Assembly (NCBI GenBank): GCA_001938485.1
Contig: MQRK01191162.1
Coordinates: forward strand, 1-56,313
Length of the DNA: 56,313 nt
Origin: Girardia tigrina
Taxonomy: Eukaryota
Direction: 5' to 3'
Shown here one piece after another: positions 11,960 to 24,600 of the stretch (position 1 is its first letter; every line of letters starts with the position of its first letter). Made by a program: the position numbers and the translations under genes. The notes beneath the pieces were generated by a model. That model was not told the DNA's origin, did not search any database, and worked only from the letters and a program-made list of their open reading frames with translations.

Positions 11960-12074
11960 AAGGCGATTTCCTCGCCCCGAACAACATAAAATTCGAAGTA
12001 AAATGATGAAATATTAAAATATATAAACTAGAGTGCTAAATAAAGTATTATTATATCGATAATGAAATTTTAGT

Positions 12075-12386
12075 ATGGCAACCAGAAAGGAAAAACTAGT
12101 CGCCATCGTAAGACCTATGGAACGCGACCCGGAAGTAGTCGAATTGGAGGAAAAGGTTCGCACCCTTGCCAGATTAATAATGCAGAGAAAAGAAAATCAA
12201 CGACAAATGGAAAATCTGCAGTACAGATGGGAGACGTGCAGTCTGGGAAACGCAATGAGACCAGAATTGGATGCACTAAACAGGCATATAAAAGAGAAAA
12301 TGGACGATTTTTGGCTACGCTTGCGACGGATCGACCCCGAAACAAAAAATACCGTGACTTCCGAGCGTGTTACCAAGAATTTCTGA
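12075..12386 (+). CDS. Short coiled-coil-like ORF 1 of LTR-element cargo
   Basis: 103 aa, E/K/R/L/Q-rich helical; TTTTAG-T-ATG start context. Confidence 0.5.
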   Translation: MATRKEKLVAIVRPMERDPEVVELEEKVRTLARLIMQRKENQRQMENLQYRWETCSLGNAMRPELDALNRHIKEKMDDFWLRLRRIDPETKNTVTSERVTKNF

Positions 12387-12566
12387 CAATGCAACTACAG
12401 GATGAAGCAAGAAGCAGCCTTGAGCGCATGCAATATCTTGAATTAGACATAGACAATCAGTTTACTTACGTTTAAATTTGAAATAAATTTTTCGGTGTAT
12501 TAGAATGATTTATATATTCATAAAATAATCTCAATATAAGAAATTGATATTATGACACATTTATAT

Positions 12567-13024
12567 ATGGACACGGAATCAAGGCGACATATATTGAGGA
12601 GTTGTTCGCCGACGCGGATAAACTCAAAGCAGCAATTCAGAAGGAAGAGGAGGCGCTGCAGCAAAAACGGCAGAGACACGACGAGCGGGACACACAAATC
12701 AAAGACTTAGAAGCCGCAGAAGCCCAGCGAGGAAAAATTCAAATTTATAAGGAATTAAAGAGGAAAATATTCGTCGGCATCCGAATCTCCCAATTCCATC
12801 TCTCTCAACTGCATAGACAACAGTCCAAATGCCTGGACGAGCTACGAGCAATGTTGCTAGGCGAGCAGGATGGACTGAATAAGTTGAAAAAATATGCCAA
12901 GATCACAAGATCCCTAAGCGAAGAGACACAAAGATACGTGGAGCTCAACGACGAGCTGATCCGAAGTCAGAAAAGGCACCTCACTGCGGAGGGTGAAATT
13001 AGTGACGAACTAGTATATCGATAA
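12567..13024 (+). pseudogene. Short coiled-coil-like ORF 2 (ATG at 12567 one frameshift away from the 140-aa frame)
   Basis: ADADKLKAAIQKEEEALQQKRQRHDERDTQIKDLEAAEAQ... heptad-like; GC-richer block between AT-rich spacers. Confidence 0.5.
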
Positions 13025-13188
13025 TAATTGTTAAATAATGTAATATATGTGTTTAAAATAGTTTACTTGGTAACATGAAATTAAAATAACATGAAATTAA
13101 AATAATATGAAATTTGATAACATAGAATTAAAATTTAATATGAAGTAATAAGAATTAACAGAAAAATAACTGTAATTATTAATCAGAG

Positions 13189-13510
13189 ATGGAAACACCA
13201 AACCACAGTGCACCAGGGCCGATCCTATAAGAGCTGTACGACTGGCACAACAGATTGGTAGCGGAGCTACAGGACAACTATGAAAGGTTGGGAGAATTAA
13301 TGATGACCCAGAGTAGCCACGACCGCTGGATTGAACTGGAAGACGGGCGAGTAATGAGCAGACGACAAGACCCGTACCCTCGAGCACATTGGGAAGAGTA
13401 TAACGATGTGAGTCGGCGAATAAGGAGGAAGAAAAGGGATCTTGCTAAATATGCCGAGCAAATTCAAAGCCTGATTACCGAAAGAAGACAAAACCGCAAT
13501 ATACGACAAT
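13189..13510 (+). pseudogene. Short coiled-coil-like ORF 3 (one in-frame TAA; ends in an (AT)n run and gap)
   Basis: METPNHSAPGPIL*ELYDWHNRLVAELQDNYERLGELMM...; TAATCAG-AG-ATG start context. Confidence 0.45.
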
Positions 13511-13572
13511 ATATATATATATNNNNNNNNNNNNNNNNNNNNNNNNNNNNNNNNNNNNNNNNNNNNNNNNNN

Positions 13573-13617
<45 letters not shown>

Positions 13618-13735
13618 TTTGTCTAGTTGTTAATGTTAAATATATGTTTTCTCTGTGCATAGTTTTATGAATTATCTCGTAAATAGTAGATAAAACTAAT
13701 AGCAGATAAAACTAATAGCAGATATTTGTTATAGA

Positions 13736-14043
13736 ATGAATCGAGGATGGAGGATAGCAAATTGCAGAAGAACTTACGGAAGGCCGAGAGCAAAAAGATG
13801 AACCGGCTAATAAAATTACACTTCTAACTGATGGAACTGACAGAGAGCATAGAGGCCAGCGAACAAGAAATAATGCGAAGGAGAACAGAAATACTGGTCA
13901 TCAACGTTGACATCCAAATCGATCCAGGAGTGTCGCAGCGAATTAAAGAGCGACGGGCTTACGACATCCAAACTCGGGAGAACCGAATCCGAGATTTGAC
14001 GAAAAGATTAGACGACGACGCCGGAAAAGGGGAAAAGTATTGA
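13736..14043 (+). pseudogene. Short coiled-coil-like ORF 4 (one in-frame stop)
   Basis: MEDSKLQKNLRKAESKKMNRLIKLHF*LMELTESIEASEQEIMRRR... (ATG 13747); TTATAG acceptor at 13729-13734. Confidence 0.45.
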
Positions 14044-14521
14044 GCCGATACGTAATCGAAGCCTTTCAACACAGAGGCCTCTGGATTCTCAGTGGAAAAC
14101 GAATCAACGATGACCGAATAGAATTTAGTTATAACCGTGAACACTATAGTGTGAGAGACCTCATCGCTAGTTACCGAAAATCATCGGGTGTATAATTTAA
14201 TAAATGTATTAATCTAGTATCTTTGTTGATTGCATTAAACATTAAAATAACAATGGATATTAAGTATGATAATTTCAGATAAATGAATCAGGCCGATATC
14301 AAAACCCAACTACAAGCTAGTTTCCGAGAAGCGGAAGAAACAAAACTAACAAGGGCCGCACGAACCATAAAATTAATGAGAATTACAACATTATTATTTT
14401 ATTACTTACTAATGATAATTGTAAAATAATGAATTATAATAGTCTATGAATTAAGAATTTTTTAAATAACATCCTTGTTTTATTTCAGTAGCGAGAATTA
14501 ACACTGCATATAAAATACAAC

Positions 14522-15544
14522 TCATCCTGAAACGCGCACACTCTCACACATACACGAAGCACAGTAAAGGAAAAATTGTTGGAATTTCTCTCGTAATTTG
14601 TTGTAATGTTCGTCGGTTTCTTGGGGATGATACTTATCATGTAATTTCGTCAGAATCGCTTCACAATCCTGCCATTTTGATTGATTTGTATTGAGAATGT
14701 GCAGAAAAATCACATATTTTTTTTTATCGTTGAGCAAAAGTGCCCGGTTGGAACATAAATAAATTCGCCGCATGCATCGGCCCGAAGGCGTCCTCTGCAC
14801 CGGCCCTGGTTGCCACAGGGGTTCTTTCACTAGCGGCCTCCCCCCGCGGCCTCTTTCAAAATCTATCCATGTGCCACACATAAAACTGATGTAAAATCGA
14901 GTCTCGGTTTCTTGCTCCAAACTCACGATTTATCGCCCGACTTGATTCATCGATCTTCTCCAAATCAAACGGTAAGCCAACGAGCGCTTGTTCCATCACC
15001 ATTTTCACAGTCTCATTCAAATTCTCCTTGATATTATCTCTAAGAAACCGCCTAAATCTCGACAAATACTCGTGAAATTGCAGATAATCTTGACTTGACG
15101 CGATTCGCATACCCGCTTTAATCGATTTCATCATTATCAGAGGTTTATTCTTTTCTCGTATACTGCAAACGCGAGACACTGACAATCAATATTGCCCGGG
15201 GACAAAGTCAATAACGGCTGGAGAAATCGGATTGCCTATTTAAGGGCCGCCTGTGTTCGGACTAATTTTCCACCGTCGATCTTTTCTTCAACGGCTTCCT
15301 GTTCTTCATTCTTCTCTTTGGTTTTCATTTTCTGGATTTGTTCCCTCTTGTCCTGCTTTTGCTGTTTTTTAATCGCCTCATTTTCCGCTTTCCTCTTCTG
15401 TCTCCTCTGCTCACTCTTTAACTTCTTCGCCTCTCCGATCGATAAATTCTCCAAATTTATCTCCTCCTCTCCGGTCTCTTTATCGATCGGGTGTTCAAAT
15501 AAATAAAATTCAAATGATTGCGGGTAATTTATTTTATAAATCAA
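14522..15544 (-). pseudogene. Antisense ~330-codon gene of unknown function, broken by stops and frameshifts
   Basis: Three successive minus-strand ORFs (15236-15544, 14856-15185, 14522-14926) with protein-like composition: K/E-rich N-terminus, globular-looking C-terminus. Confidence 0.5.
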
Positions 15545-15983
15545 AGTTTTTAATTAATTAATTTTTTTAAGGATTTCAAAAGGTTCTCTAAGCGTTTTTC
15601 GGGTAAATTCGAGACTAGGGTCGGCCTATTCTGGGTGGACTACAACGGGTTCAATTTTCAGGCCCTTAACGCTATCGGGTGAGTTTTTAGGACCTTTTCG
15701 GAAATTTCGACTTTAATTAATTCATTTTTTAGCTCACGATTAATCTGAAAGATTTTTTCTTGACGAACCAAAGGGAATAATGGACTCTCCAATCTCGTCC
15801 GTCATTCCACATGATCGGGGACCTACTTACAACTATTGGTTTATATTCGAGCCAGACTATATCCAACTTTACCTTCTCTCAAAGGTTCCTGGCGTGCGAG
15901 GTGGTGGGGTTATTGGGTAGTTGAGGATCTCAAACGTAACAACAGCGTAACAAACACTACCCACATATTAACCGACAATACGT

Positions 15984-16229
15984 AAAATCATCCCCTATTG
16001 ATACTGAACTAGGCGGGGGGCCCATAGCCCGTCCTGTCTTTAGTCGAACCCGAAGGCCCTTCGAGCTTGGCACTACTAGCCAGATGTCAAGTAAAAAGAG
16101 GCGTCCGACCCGTCTACAGACAAATTCATAAACACACTTATAAAATGACCTTAGGTTGTGGTTGACCCTTAATAACCACTGGGGGCTCTTGAGCTTGCAA
16201 AAATGTTTTAGCTCAAGAGGGTCGTGACA
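15984..16229 (+). repeat. Diverged direct repeat of the LTR 3' end (11695-11939)
   Basis: Colinear similarity from AAAATCATCCCC to GGGTCGTGACA. Confidence 0.85.
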
Positions 16230-16937
16230 GTATGCCTTCGCTAATTTTGATGTTATATTGAAGTTTAGGGTCTATATCAGTGTCGAGCAACCGTTGCGCC
16301 GTAAAAAATTCTGGGGTCGCCACGAAAATTTTTGTAAAATATTTTAAATAGTTAGAGTAATTGAACTTAATATTGAACAAGTTATTGAAGTATTGCTGTA
16401 GCTATATTAGTCCTATTTTTGCATCGTTGTAAAACACACAGTAATTGTAATTACCTTCGAGAAAATTTATAGTGAGTCACACAGGTGCGCTGCGAAAACA
16501 ATATTTTAGATTTATTGCACCCCGAAAAAAAGTTTTCAGCTTAGTGCACCGCAACTCGAAAAAGGTTGCCCGACACTGGTCTATATATTGTATATTGATT
16601 AATAAAAATCTTTTAAAAATCTAGCATCATATAACAAATTACGTAACAAAGTTTTTCAAAAATCTTTGGTAAAAACAAGTTAAATAATGACTCATTTTAT
16701 AAATTATTCAATTTTGAACAACTTTTTTGGAGTAAACATATGCCCTAAAATGAACATTAACAAAGTTATTCAATAAATTATAACTTTTAAAAATTTTGAT
16801 TTATCGATATTTAAATTAATTTCATCGATTACAACAATAAATCGATCAATTTGTACTTAAAACATTTTATTAGTCAATATAAAATATATAGACCCTATAC
16901 TTCAATTTAACATCAAAATTAGCGAAGGCATACCCTG
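16230..16937. mobile_element. Tc1/mariner-type MITE, left TIR clipped by the LTR end
   Basis: GTATGCCTTCGCTAATTTTGATGTT...AGGGTCTATAT is inverted at ~16886-16937, ending ...GCATACCCTG followed by TA. Confidence 0.8.
16278..16578. mobile_element. hAT-type MITE nested in the mariner MITE
   Basis: TIRs CAGTGTCGAGCAACC / GGTTGCCCGACACTG with a perfect 8-bp TSD GTCTATAT (16270-16277, 16579-16586). Confidence 0.9.
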
Positions 16938-18708
16938 TACTTGCTCTCTTAACTAATTTTTTAAGGTCAAAAAAAGTCAAAATCTAGGAAAAATAAAGCC
17001 AAAATTTTAATTTTTAGGTCAAAAAATTACCCGCCATAATCATAACCAAACAAAAAATAATTAAATTTTAATTAAAATATCAGTTTCTGGTAATAATAAA
17101 ATAATATTCGCGTCCAAACGTTCTACTTCATGAAAAATTATTTGATTGCAAATCAATTAAATCGCACCTTTGAACAAGATAATACTCTAGAGTATTTTTG
17201 AGGCCGTCTTGTTATTATGATTTAGAAAGATGCGTAACGCCAATCATGTTGCGTGATCTTTTCAAGAGTGGTTCCACTACTAATCCTGATTTTTTTGGTA
17301 TTTTAGCCGTTGGGCCGTGGGTGCACCTACCTATGCACAAGCCTATGCACAAGGTTTTGTGTTTTGCATATTTTTTTAATGTCTCAATGGGAAAATAACC
17401 TGACGGCGCCTTTCTCCTCTCCAGGTATGGATGGCAATTCGTTCTAAGGAGGTCATCCTCCCTTTGGGAAATACTGATAGTCGATTAATATTTTTAACAT
17501 TCTGATTTTCTAATATAGTTTTACTATAATCTAATCTCTAACTTTAAAGCTATTTTTTTAGTAAAATAAAATTTCAGAAATTCAAAATTTCAAAATTTCA
17601 AAAATTTAAATAAAAAAGAAATGACATTGAAAATATAATATAAAATCTAGGAGAATTGTGAATAATATTTATTAATATAGTAAAAACTATCTTGATAATT
17701 TTAACAATTATATTAAATGAACAAATATTAAATTATTTATACTATTTAAATGATTGGTCAGTCATTCTAAAACAGGAAAAAAATCATTAAACTTCTTAAT
17801 GAAATTTGTACTGTCATACTCTAAATTCTTGAAATATTGATCATTAAAGATCCTTCTTGAATATATTATACTTAAAGTTATTATTAACTTAGTGATAGAA
17901 TAAAAGCAATTATCTGACTTTGAAGGATAAGTTATGATTCTCTTGAAAAATGAGGAGCTTATTGAAGTGTCTAAAGATGTTTCCGGATTTTTTGGAAACA
18001 TAAAGAAACATCAATTTACATATTTTAGCGAAATCTTAAAAAGTATTTAGTAAAGTATTTAGCTTCATCACTCTTTTGTATTTGAGGTATTGTGAGAAAG
18101 CACTTAAACCAACGAAAAATCTATAGAGATATGTGTGACGAATATTTGGAATGTTTGATGTTTTGTGTTTGAATGTTGTATGTTGATTTGTAATTGTGTC
18201 TCTCCTACCCAGATGGCTGATTAAGATTTTGATTCTTATTATCTGGAAATATGTAATATTTAAATGTTTTTCTAAATTAAAATAATTGTAAAATTTTAAA
18301 TAAATTTATTAATTTTATTTACAATTTTTAAATAAATAAATTTAATTAATATTTTTAAATAATTAATTTTCACTTTTATTTTGAACCAATAAAATTTGGA
18401 ATAAGTATTTTAACAATTTATACAATGTCCATATACTCAGATAAAAAGAGTCTTTAATTAATTAGGAATGTGATCTTACGACAGTTTGGACAAAGAAAGA
18501 AAAGTTATATTGGTGTTATATTGGTATTATAAGGAAGTATCAAAACGTCAATTTTTAATATTCTTAAGCAACATAAACTAAAGTGCTATCGAAGAAATAA
18601 GTGTGATTTTCTCACTCCACAATATCAATTAATGCTTACGAAAACTTTCATTGTACATGTTAATCGAAGTAAAGTTTCCTTTGCAGTCATTTTTTATTTT
18701 CTAATCCA

Positions 18709-19349
18709 CGGGTTCGTTCGCATAATACGTAACGCGAAAAAATCATTTTTAGACCCCCTCCCTCCCTGTAACATACCGTAACAAATCCTTGGAGCCTCCA
18801 CCACCCTCCAGATGTAACGTAACAAATTTTTTCCATATAAAATCATAGGTTAAACTTATTATATTAAAAATGGTCGGCAAAGTTCCATAATCACAAGTTG
18901 GTGGCCTAATAATAAAATTAGAAAATAAAACTCCCAATAAAATTTATTAAAGATAAAAAATCATATTTTAAAAAATTTATTATACATTCTGCCAAGGGCA
19001 TTCAATGTGCTTTTTATTTGGTATTGAATATAAAATTGAATATAAAATATTGAAAAGACGAAACAATATTAAAGAAATAAATATTTTATTTATAGTTTGA
19101 GAATTAATTTCAAAAGATTTTCAAATAACTTTAAATTAGGTGACTTTTTATTAGGTGAATTAACAGAAAAAATTAAAGTGTAGCCATCCTAAATGTGACA
19201 CTTATCTAAAAGTCTTCCAAGTGCCATGAATATGAATTAAATGTTATGTAACAAAATCTCGCCCCCATTCCCCCTCCCTGTAACAAAACGTAACAAAATC
19301 TTTGACTCCTCCCCCCCCTTTTTGCGTTACGTAATATGAGAACAAGCCT
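18709..19349. mobile_element. Non-autonomous DNA transposon (MITE)
   Basis: Imperfect TIRs GGGTTCGTTCGCATAATACGTAACGC / GCGTTACGTAATATGAGAACAAGCCT; internal C-rich and GTAACA subrepeats. Superfamily not assigned. Confidence 0.7.
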
Positions 19350-19539
19350 CAGAGTTTAATGTCACTGATGAAGATCCGTTTGTTTAATATGGCGGTTGAG
19401 AACTATGTGTAATTTGTTATGTTTTAGTGTTCTTTAATATCAAACAGAACTGAGATTAGTTGAAGTTTTCTCTTCGGATTAAAAGTGTCGTCCTCGATAC
19501 AGATGAAAAAAACTATAAATTAAAATGTTTATATTTAAG

Positions 19540-19905
19540 ATATCTACTATTTTGAGATGTAGAGAATGTGATGGAAGATGAAGCCTGGACATGGCACGAA
19601 TATGGTATAAGAGCCGACACTGCCAAGGTTACGGTTGACTTTCTTTAAAATGCTACACCGAATTTCATGGAACTTGAACATGGCCCATCAAAAACTCCAA
19701 ATCTGAATATGATAGATTGTTGTATCAGTAGTTTGCGACGGACACAAAAAATCGTGACAAGATAAACCAAATTGATAAAGCGAAATTCACCTTACTACAC
19801 GTCTGGAATATTCTTATTTTAATAATACTTTTAGCTTCTACAGAATCTTGGATTCCACGATAACGACGTTGTCATAAAGTACCATGAAGTCATTTTAAAC
19901 ATATG
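19540..19905 (+). pseudogene. Tc1/mariner transposase C-terminal remnant
   Basis: WTWHEYGIRADTAKVTVDFL*NATPNF...PSKTPNLNMIDCCI resembles decayed QQDGAPAHTA...WPPNSPDLNPLDY. Confidence 0.6.
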
Positions 19906-20469
19906 TGATATTTATCTGATGTGTTATAAATGTAATCTAACAAAAATATTTAAATTTTCCAGTTTTCTACGGCCTCTCTATATTTTTAAAATAAACCTTT
20001 AGAACTCGTTTTCTTGTTCCCTCCAGAAAAACAAGCATTTAAAAAATAATATAAATCAGATACGTTTTTACTTTTTGTTTGCTTGATGGAACACAATATG
20101 TAATAAAATTTAACTAAATTAAGTAATCTGTTCATCTGGAAATATATATCATAATCCCACATAAAACATGAAGATAATTGATTTGTTTTGATAACTTGTA
20201 CAACTTTGTATTACGGAGCCGAGTTATCCGCTCTGTATCTCGCCTGTAGTACTACTTGGATATTGGAACACAGTTAAATTAAAAATTGGTTCGTCCTTTA
20301 CTGTGTGATGCAAGTGAAGGGAAATGAACTTATTAGGAGAGATTTAATAGGAAGATTTATGAATTTATGTGCATGCAGATCTAAAACGTGTAGATATAGA
20401 AATGTGTATTCGGGTAGATATCTCCTTTTTATCCGCTATCAACCAGTGAAAATCGACAATTATAACTAA

Positions 20470-21000
20470 CCCTTATATGATCCTTAAGAAAGTCACTATT
20501 GAGATATGTACGGAACTTGTATTAAGATTCGGATTAGTTTCGAAAGAAATGAAAATTCATATCCAAATACTGAAAACTATTTTTTTTAAAAATTCTGTTG
20601 CGGAATTGTACAAATTACATAATTTAAAATCATCTGTGGGGGAAATTCTACCTGATAATCGTATATGAGTTAACTATATATGCAATCAAATTCCTATCGG
20701 TCATACCTCTGTTTATAGGATCTTGTTAACAGACCTACACTTATAAGATTAAGGTGATGCACAAATTGTTGCCGGCTGATAAAGTTTCCCGGAACCACTT
20801 TTTGAGAATAATTGACTAATAATGATTTATTTCAATATCTGATAGCGTTCGATGAAGCACATTCTTTCTTTCAGGTTACGTTAATAAGCTTAACTGCAGC
20901 TTCTGGTGTGATATAAACTCACATTGCATTCATAAAATCCCTTTGCATAGTTACAAAGTAACTATATTGTGGAATACAATATATGGAACGTTATCGGACT
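20470..21000 (+). pseudogene. Tc1/mariner (rosa/DD41D-like) transposase remnant
   Basis: YKIKVMHKLLPADKVSR...IAFDEAH..SGYVNKLNCSFWCDINSHCIHKIPLHSYKVT resembles FSDEAHFxLxGxVNKQNCRxW...PLHSxKVTVW. Confidence 0.7.
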
Positions 21001-21129
21001 ATAACCTCTAAAAGGAAGAGCTCGTAGTGGTTTAGAGCTATTTGAAAAAAACACTCATTTGGATCATTTCCAGGTACAATTGCGTTTTAAATGCTTCTGT
21101 TGGTGTCATTTGTTTTGTATTTATCCTTA

Positions 21130-21390
21130 CAGGAAATATAAGAACAGCGAGTTGCGTTTGAAAAAACATTCAAAATGTTAACCAGCGTTGCAGTCTCTGG
21201 ATGCAGCATGGTTATGTTTGAATCAACTTTCTCCATCTTAACTCGCGTCAACAGGCCTCAAAGACAGTAGATAACACACGCTTACCAGTCCGATTTGGTA
21301 TATATAGCTTTTGAATCAAATCTAACTTAATGTATCTATATGGAAAAATTTCTCCATAGATTTAACTCAAAAACCGAAATTATAATTTTA
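21130..21390 (+). pseudogene. hAT transposase dimerisation-domain remnant
   Basis: KMLTSVAVSGCSMVMFESTFSILTRVNRPQRQ*ITHAYQSDLVYIAFE. Confidence 0.55.
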
Positions 21391-21688
21391 CTGATCATAC
21401 TTTGTGTTATATTGTCATACAAACTGAATGAATGAAACTGTAAATTTTGTTTCAGTCATTCGTAATCAGTGTTAGAAGCGGGAGGCTCGACCTCTGATTT
21501 CAAAAACGAATCCATATTTTTCCAAAAATTTATTAATACTACAAATAATTTTATTGCTCCAAAATCCCGAGAAATAATACCACTCCCACTCCCAATGTTC
21601 GACTTCGTTAAAAAAATAATTCCGTTTTTTTCACAAATAATTGTTTTTTTACTTATAAGTAAAAAAATAATTAAAAAATAAAAATAAA

Positions 21689-21691
<3 letters not shown>

Positions 21692-21739
<48 letters not shown>

Positions 21740-22770
21740 GTCTTGTGAACGCAAGTTTAGTATTTCGAAAATGTAATTTGAATAAAGCTTTTTTTATATA
21801 ATTATTGGACATGTTTCGATGTTTACATACATCATCATTAGCAATTTTCGGATGTTTAATATATGAATATTGAATTGTTTGAATAATACAATTTTAACAG
21901 ATATATTTACTTTAAAAGGTATCGAATAAATTAATTATTATTATTTATCAAAGTATTATTGGGTAATAATGGCAAAAAGAATATTTTAATTAAAAATTTT
22001 AAGTATTGTAATAACCTTAATTTGCCCATTCTGAATGTTAATTGATGGGTTGTAGTGTCTTATTAGTAGAGATTCACAAAACTGTCGTTCGTAATGTGTA
22101 TCAAAACCCTTTTGTAGAACAGAAAACTCATCTTTTAAAATGGATGAGGATCTATCCTTACAACATAACCAATGATCAAGAACCTTACTCGATCGACTCA
22201 TTTGCGAGTGCTCGCTAATCCGGGTTTTGAGATGACGATTTGTCTCTCCGATTTGGGCCTCCCATCTCTGTAATGGTATTGAGCCTAAGGCTCTTTAGAG
22301 GGTCCACTCAAACTAAAGTCCTTAAGGGCCCCCGATAGGCCTCCTACGGGGTCAGTGGCCTTCCGTCTCTGAGCAGTCGGCTTGCCAGTAACGAACGACC
22401 TACTATGGAACTTGGTACCATGGCCGTACATGCCATTGGCTGTTACAGTGGACGCGTAACAACCGCGAAATGGGCACTTAAATTGTCCTCTTGCAGTCTT
22501 GTAATCGGCTGGCAGTCGGTATTGTAGGTGCGTCTCTTCGGTATCGTCATCCGGCTGTATCCTCGGCATACTCACAGTTGCGTCCGGCAACTGAGAATTG
22601 GATTGGTTTGATGTCGGCTCTTCCTCGTTCTCTTCTTCCAAGTTTTCTTTTCTCTTGGCGTTAGATGTTGGTGTTTCTTGATGATTCTTCTAAATATGAA
22701 TCCTAAGGAAACCAGCGGCCTTGTATTCCCCCGGACAGTGTTGACATTGATATTTTCCTTTCTTCTGACG
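21692..22770 (-). mobile_element. Second copy of the (AT)n + Penelope 3' end + LINE 3' end composite
   Basis: Near-identical to 1-~1120, including the Penelope/LINE junction TTGTCTCTCCGAT-TTGGGCC. It supplies the sequence missing in gap 813-1041 (third finger CPFRGCYASTVTANGMYGHGTKFH). Hammerhead core mutated to CTAATGA. Confidence 0.92.
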
Positions 22771-23634
22771 TTGATTCCAAAAATAAAATAATGTGGCGGA
22801 GCGTCACTAGTCGAAAGTATTTCATATCCATTCTTACGACTGACATGATATTATGTCGATGGAAGTTCTGCCAAATGGACAAATCATCACGATTAATGTT
22901 TATTTTTATCAACTTAACACATTTTTTATCGGTCACGAATTTACTCATTTGCATTAGCTATTTAAATTTATGAAATCCCGTGTTTAGAAGTGTCCCTTTT
23001 ATTATAAAAGTTTATTTATATTGTTTCACTTCGGCATTGAATTACGAAATAACAGCCAGTTACTGTTATATATATCTAATAATGATAAAATCAATAAAAG
23101 TTGAAAAAGATTAATATTATAAAAAACATATTATTTAAACAAATTTAAATTGTTTTTACATATTTTCAGTTTTTTTTAATTTTTTAAAATATATTATCAT
23201 AAATGATAATATAACAGTTACGTGAGATAGATTCAGATGAAAATTGTCAGTCAACAAATTGTTAATCATCTTGTTTTTGTTATAAAAGAAAAACAAAATC
23301 AACTGTTTCATAGTAGCTTTCAGTAATTACAATAAATCAATGAAAATAAAAAGCTGCATACAGCTCAAGTTAACTTTGAGAAATTTCTTTTGAAATATGA
23401 TTTGCTGGTGACAATCTCAGACACTTAGCAGATGATGAAAATTAGGGAATTATGTTTTTTGTAATACATCTTGAAATCAGATAAAACTTTCTTTCAAACT
23501 CTGTATAAAAATTCAATCTTAATTGGAATTGAATATATAGTTATTTATGAAAGTATATTAAATTTTCAGAAAATTATATAAAAAAGTAGTAATGTGTTAT
23601 TTTTTATGTCAACAGCTGAAGTCTGAATTATGGA

Positions 23635-23850
23635 TTGTCCAAGGATTATCAAAATAAAAATAATAAAAATTATAGTCAAGGTATGAGTTTTCATAACATG
23701 ACAACTCAACGCCACGTGACTCCAAAACTTTCAGGGTCAGAGACATTTGATGGATCCGAACACAAGTTAGAGGAATTCCTGATAAGTTTTAACAGGCACT
23801 CAAAGATCTTTCGATTATCAGAAGAGCTGACAATTCTACTGGGAACACCG
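23635..23850 (+). pseudogene. Gag-like N-terminal fragment
   Basis: ETFDGSEHKLEEFLISFNRHSKIF resembles the FDG...F..F start of Ty3/Gypsy capsids. Confidence 0.4.
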
Positions 23851-24600
23851 TACTCGACTCCAAATACAATTATGAAATACGGGAAAGCAAAAAACGTTTT
23901 TGCGAAGAAAAGCCTGCTATTGGCATTTTCAGAAGAAAAATATTTTTTAGATTTCAGAGAGCTTACAGTGTGTTATACTTTTTTTTAAAGTTTTTAGATT
24001 ATTTAAATTTTGATCAGCAAATGAAAATTAACTAACTACTTGTTGCGGAATTTCGAACAAAAATTCTTATTTAAAATTTTAGTATCTTTCTTTATATCCA
24101 AGAGTCCCCCTTTCCTTTTCCAAGGATAGTCTTTCAATTCGAGTCAAATTGTTTTATGAATGACAATATCGTTGAATTGTTTTAGCTTTAATATAGACAT
24201 TAATATGTATATATGTGTATGATTAAATATTAAATAAATAAAATTAAATAAAAGAGAGAAATTATATTACATAATAAATAATAAAGAGTGACATTTTGGA
24301 TTTAAATTCAAATCCAGACAAAGAACTCTTTGTCTGGATTCGGGGGATTATCGAGTGTGCCGTAATTATTTGATTACCGAGTCATTGAGCATGTGTGCCA
24401 GGGAGAGAGATTTCGAATAGGTTAACTCGCTCTGATTGTATAACCTTTTTTAAATGATAAAAATGAAATCAAGTAAGAATAAAATATACAGATATGGGGA
24501 GTATAGGGAGAGATATTTAATTTATTCCAGATTTATTTAATAACTTAACAATCAAAATCTGTAGATAACAAACATTATCAATAAGATAATATTTATATCT

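Noticed and set aside
17100-18200. Possible hAT-like transposase debris (also ~31000-31110) and a mariner-like fragment at 22770-22930
   Set aside because: Only a few residues of resemblance; insufficient for features.
21456-21812. ORFs containing IYIYIY runs (also 13475-13660 and 52489-52853)
   Set aside because: Translations of (AT)n microsatellites.
24311-24340. Perfect hairpin AATCCAGACAAAGA-AC-TCTTTGTCTGGATT
   Set aside because: Isolated palindrome, probably within an LTR-like repeat; no evidence of a miRNA or terminator role.
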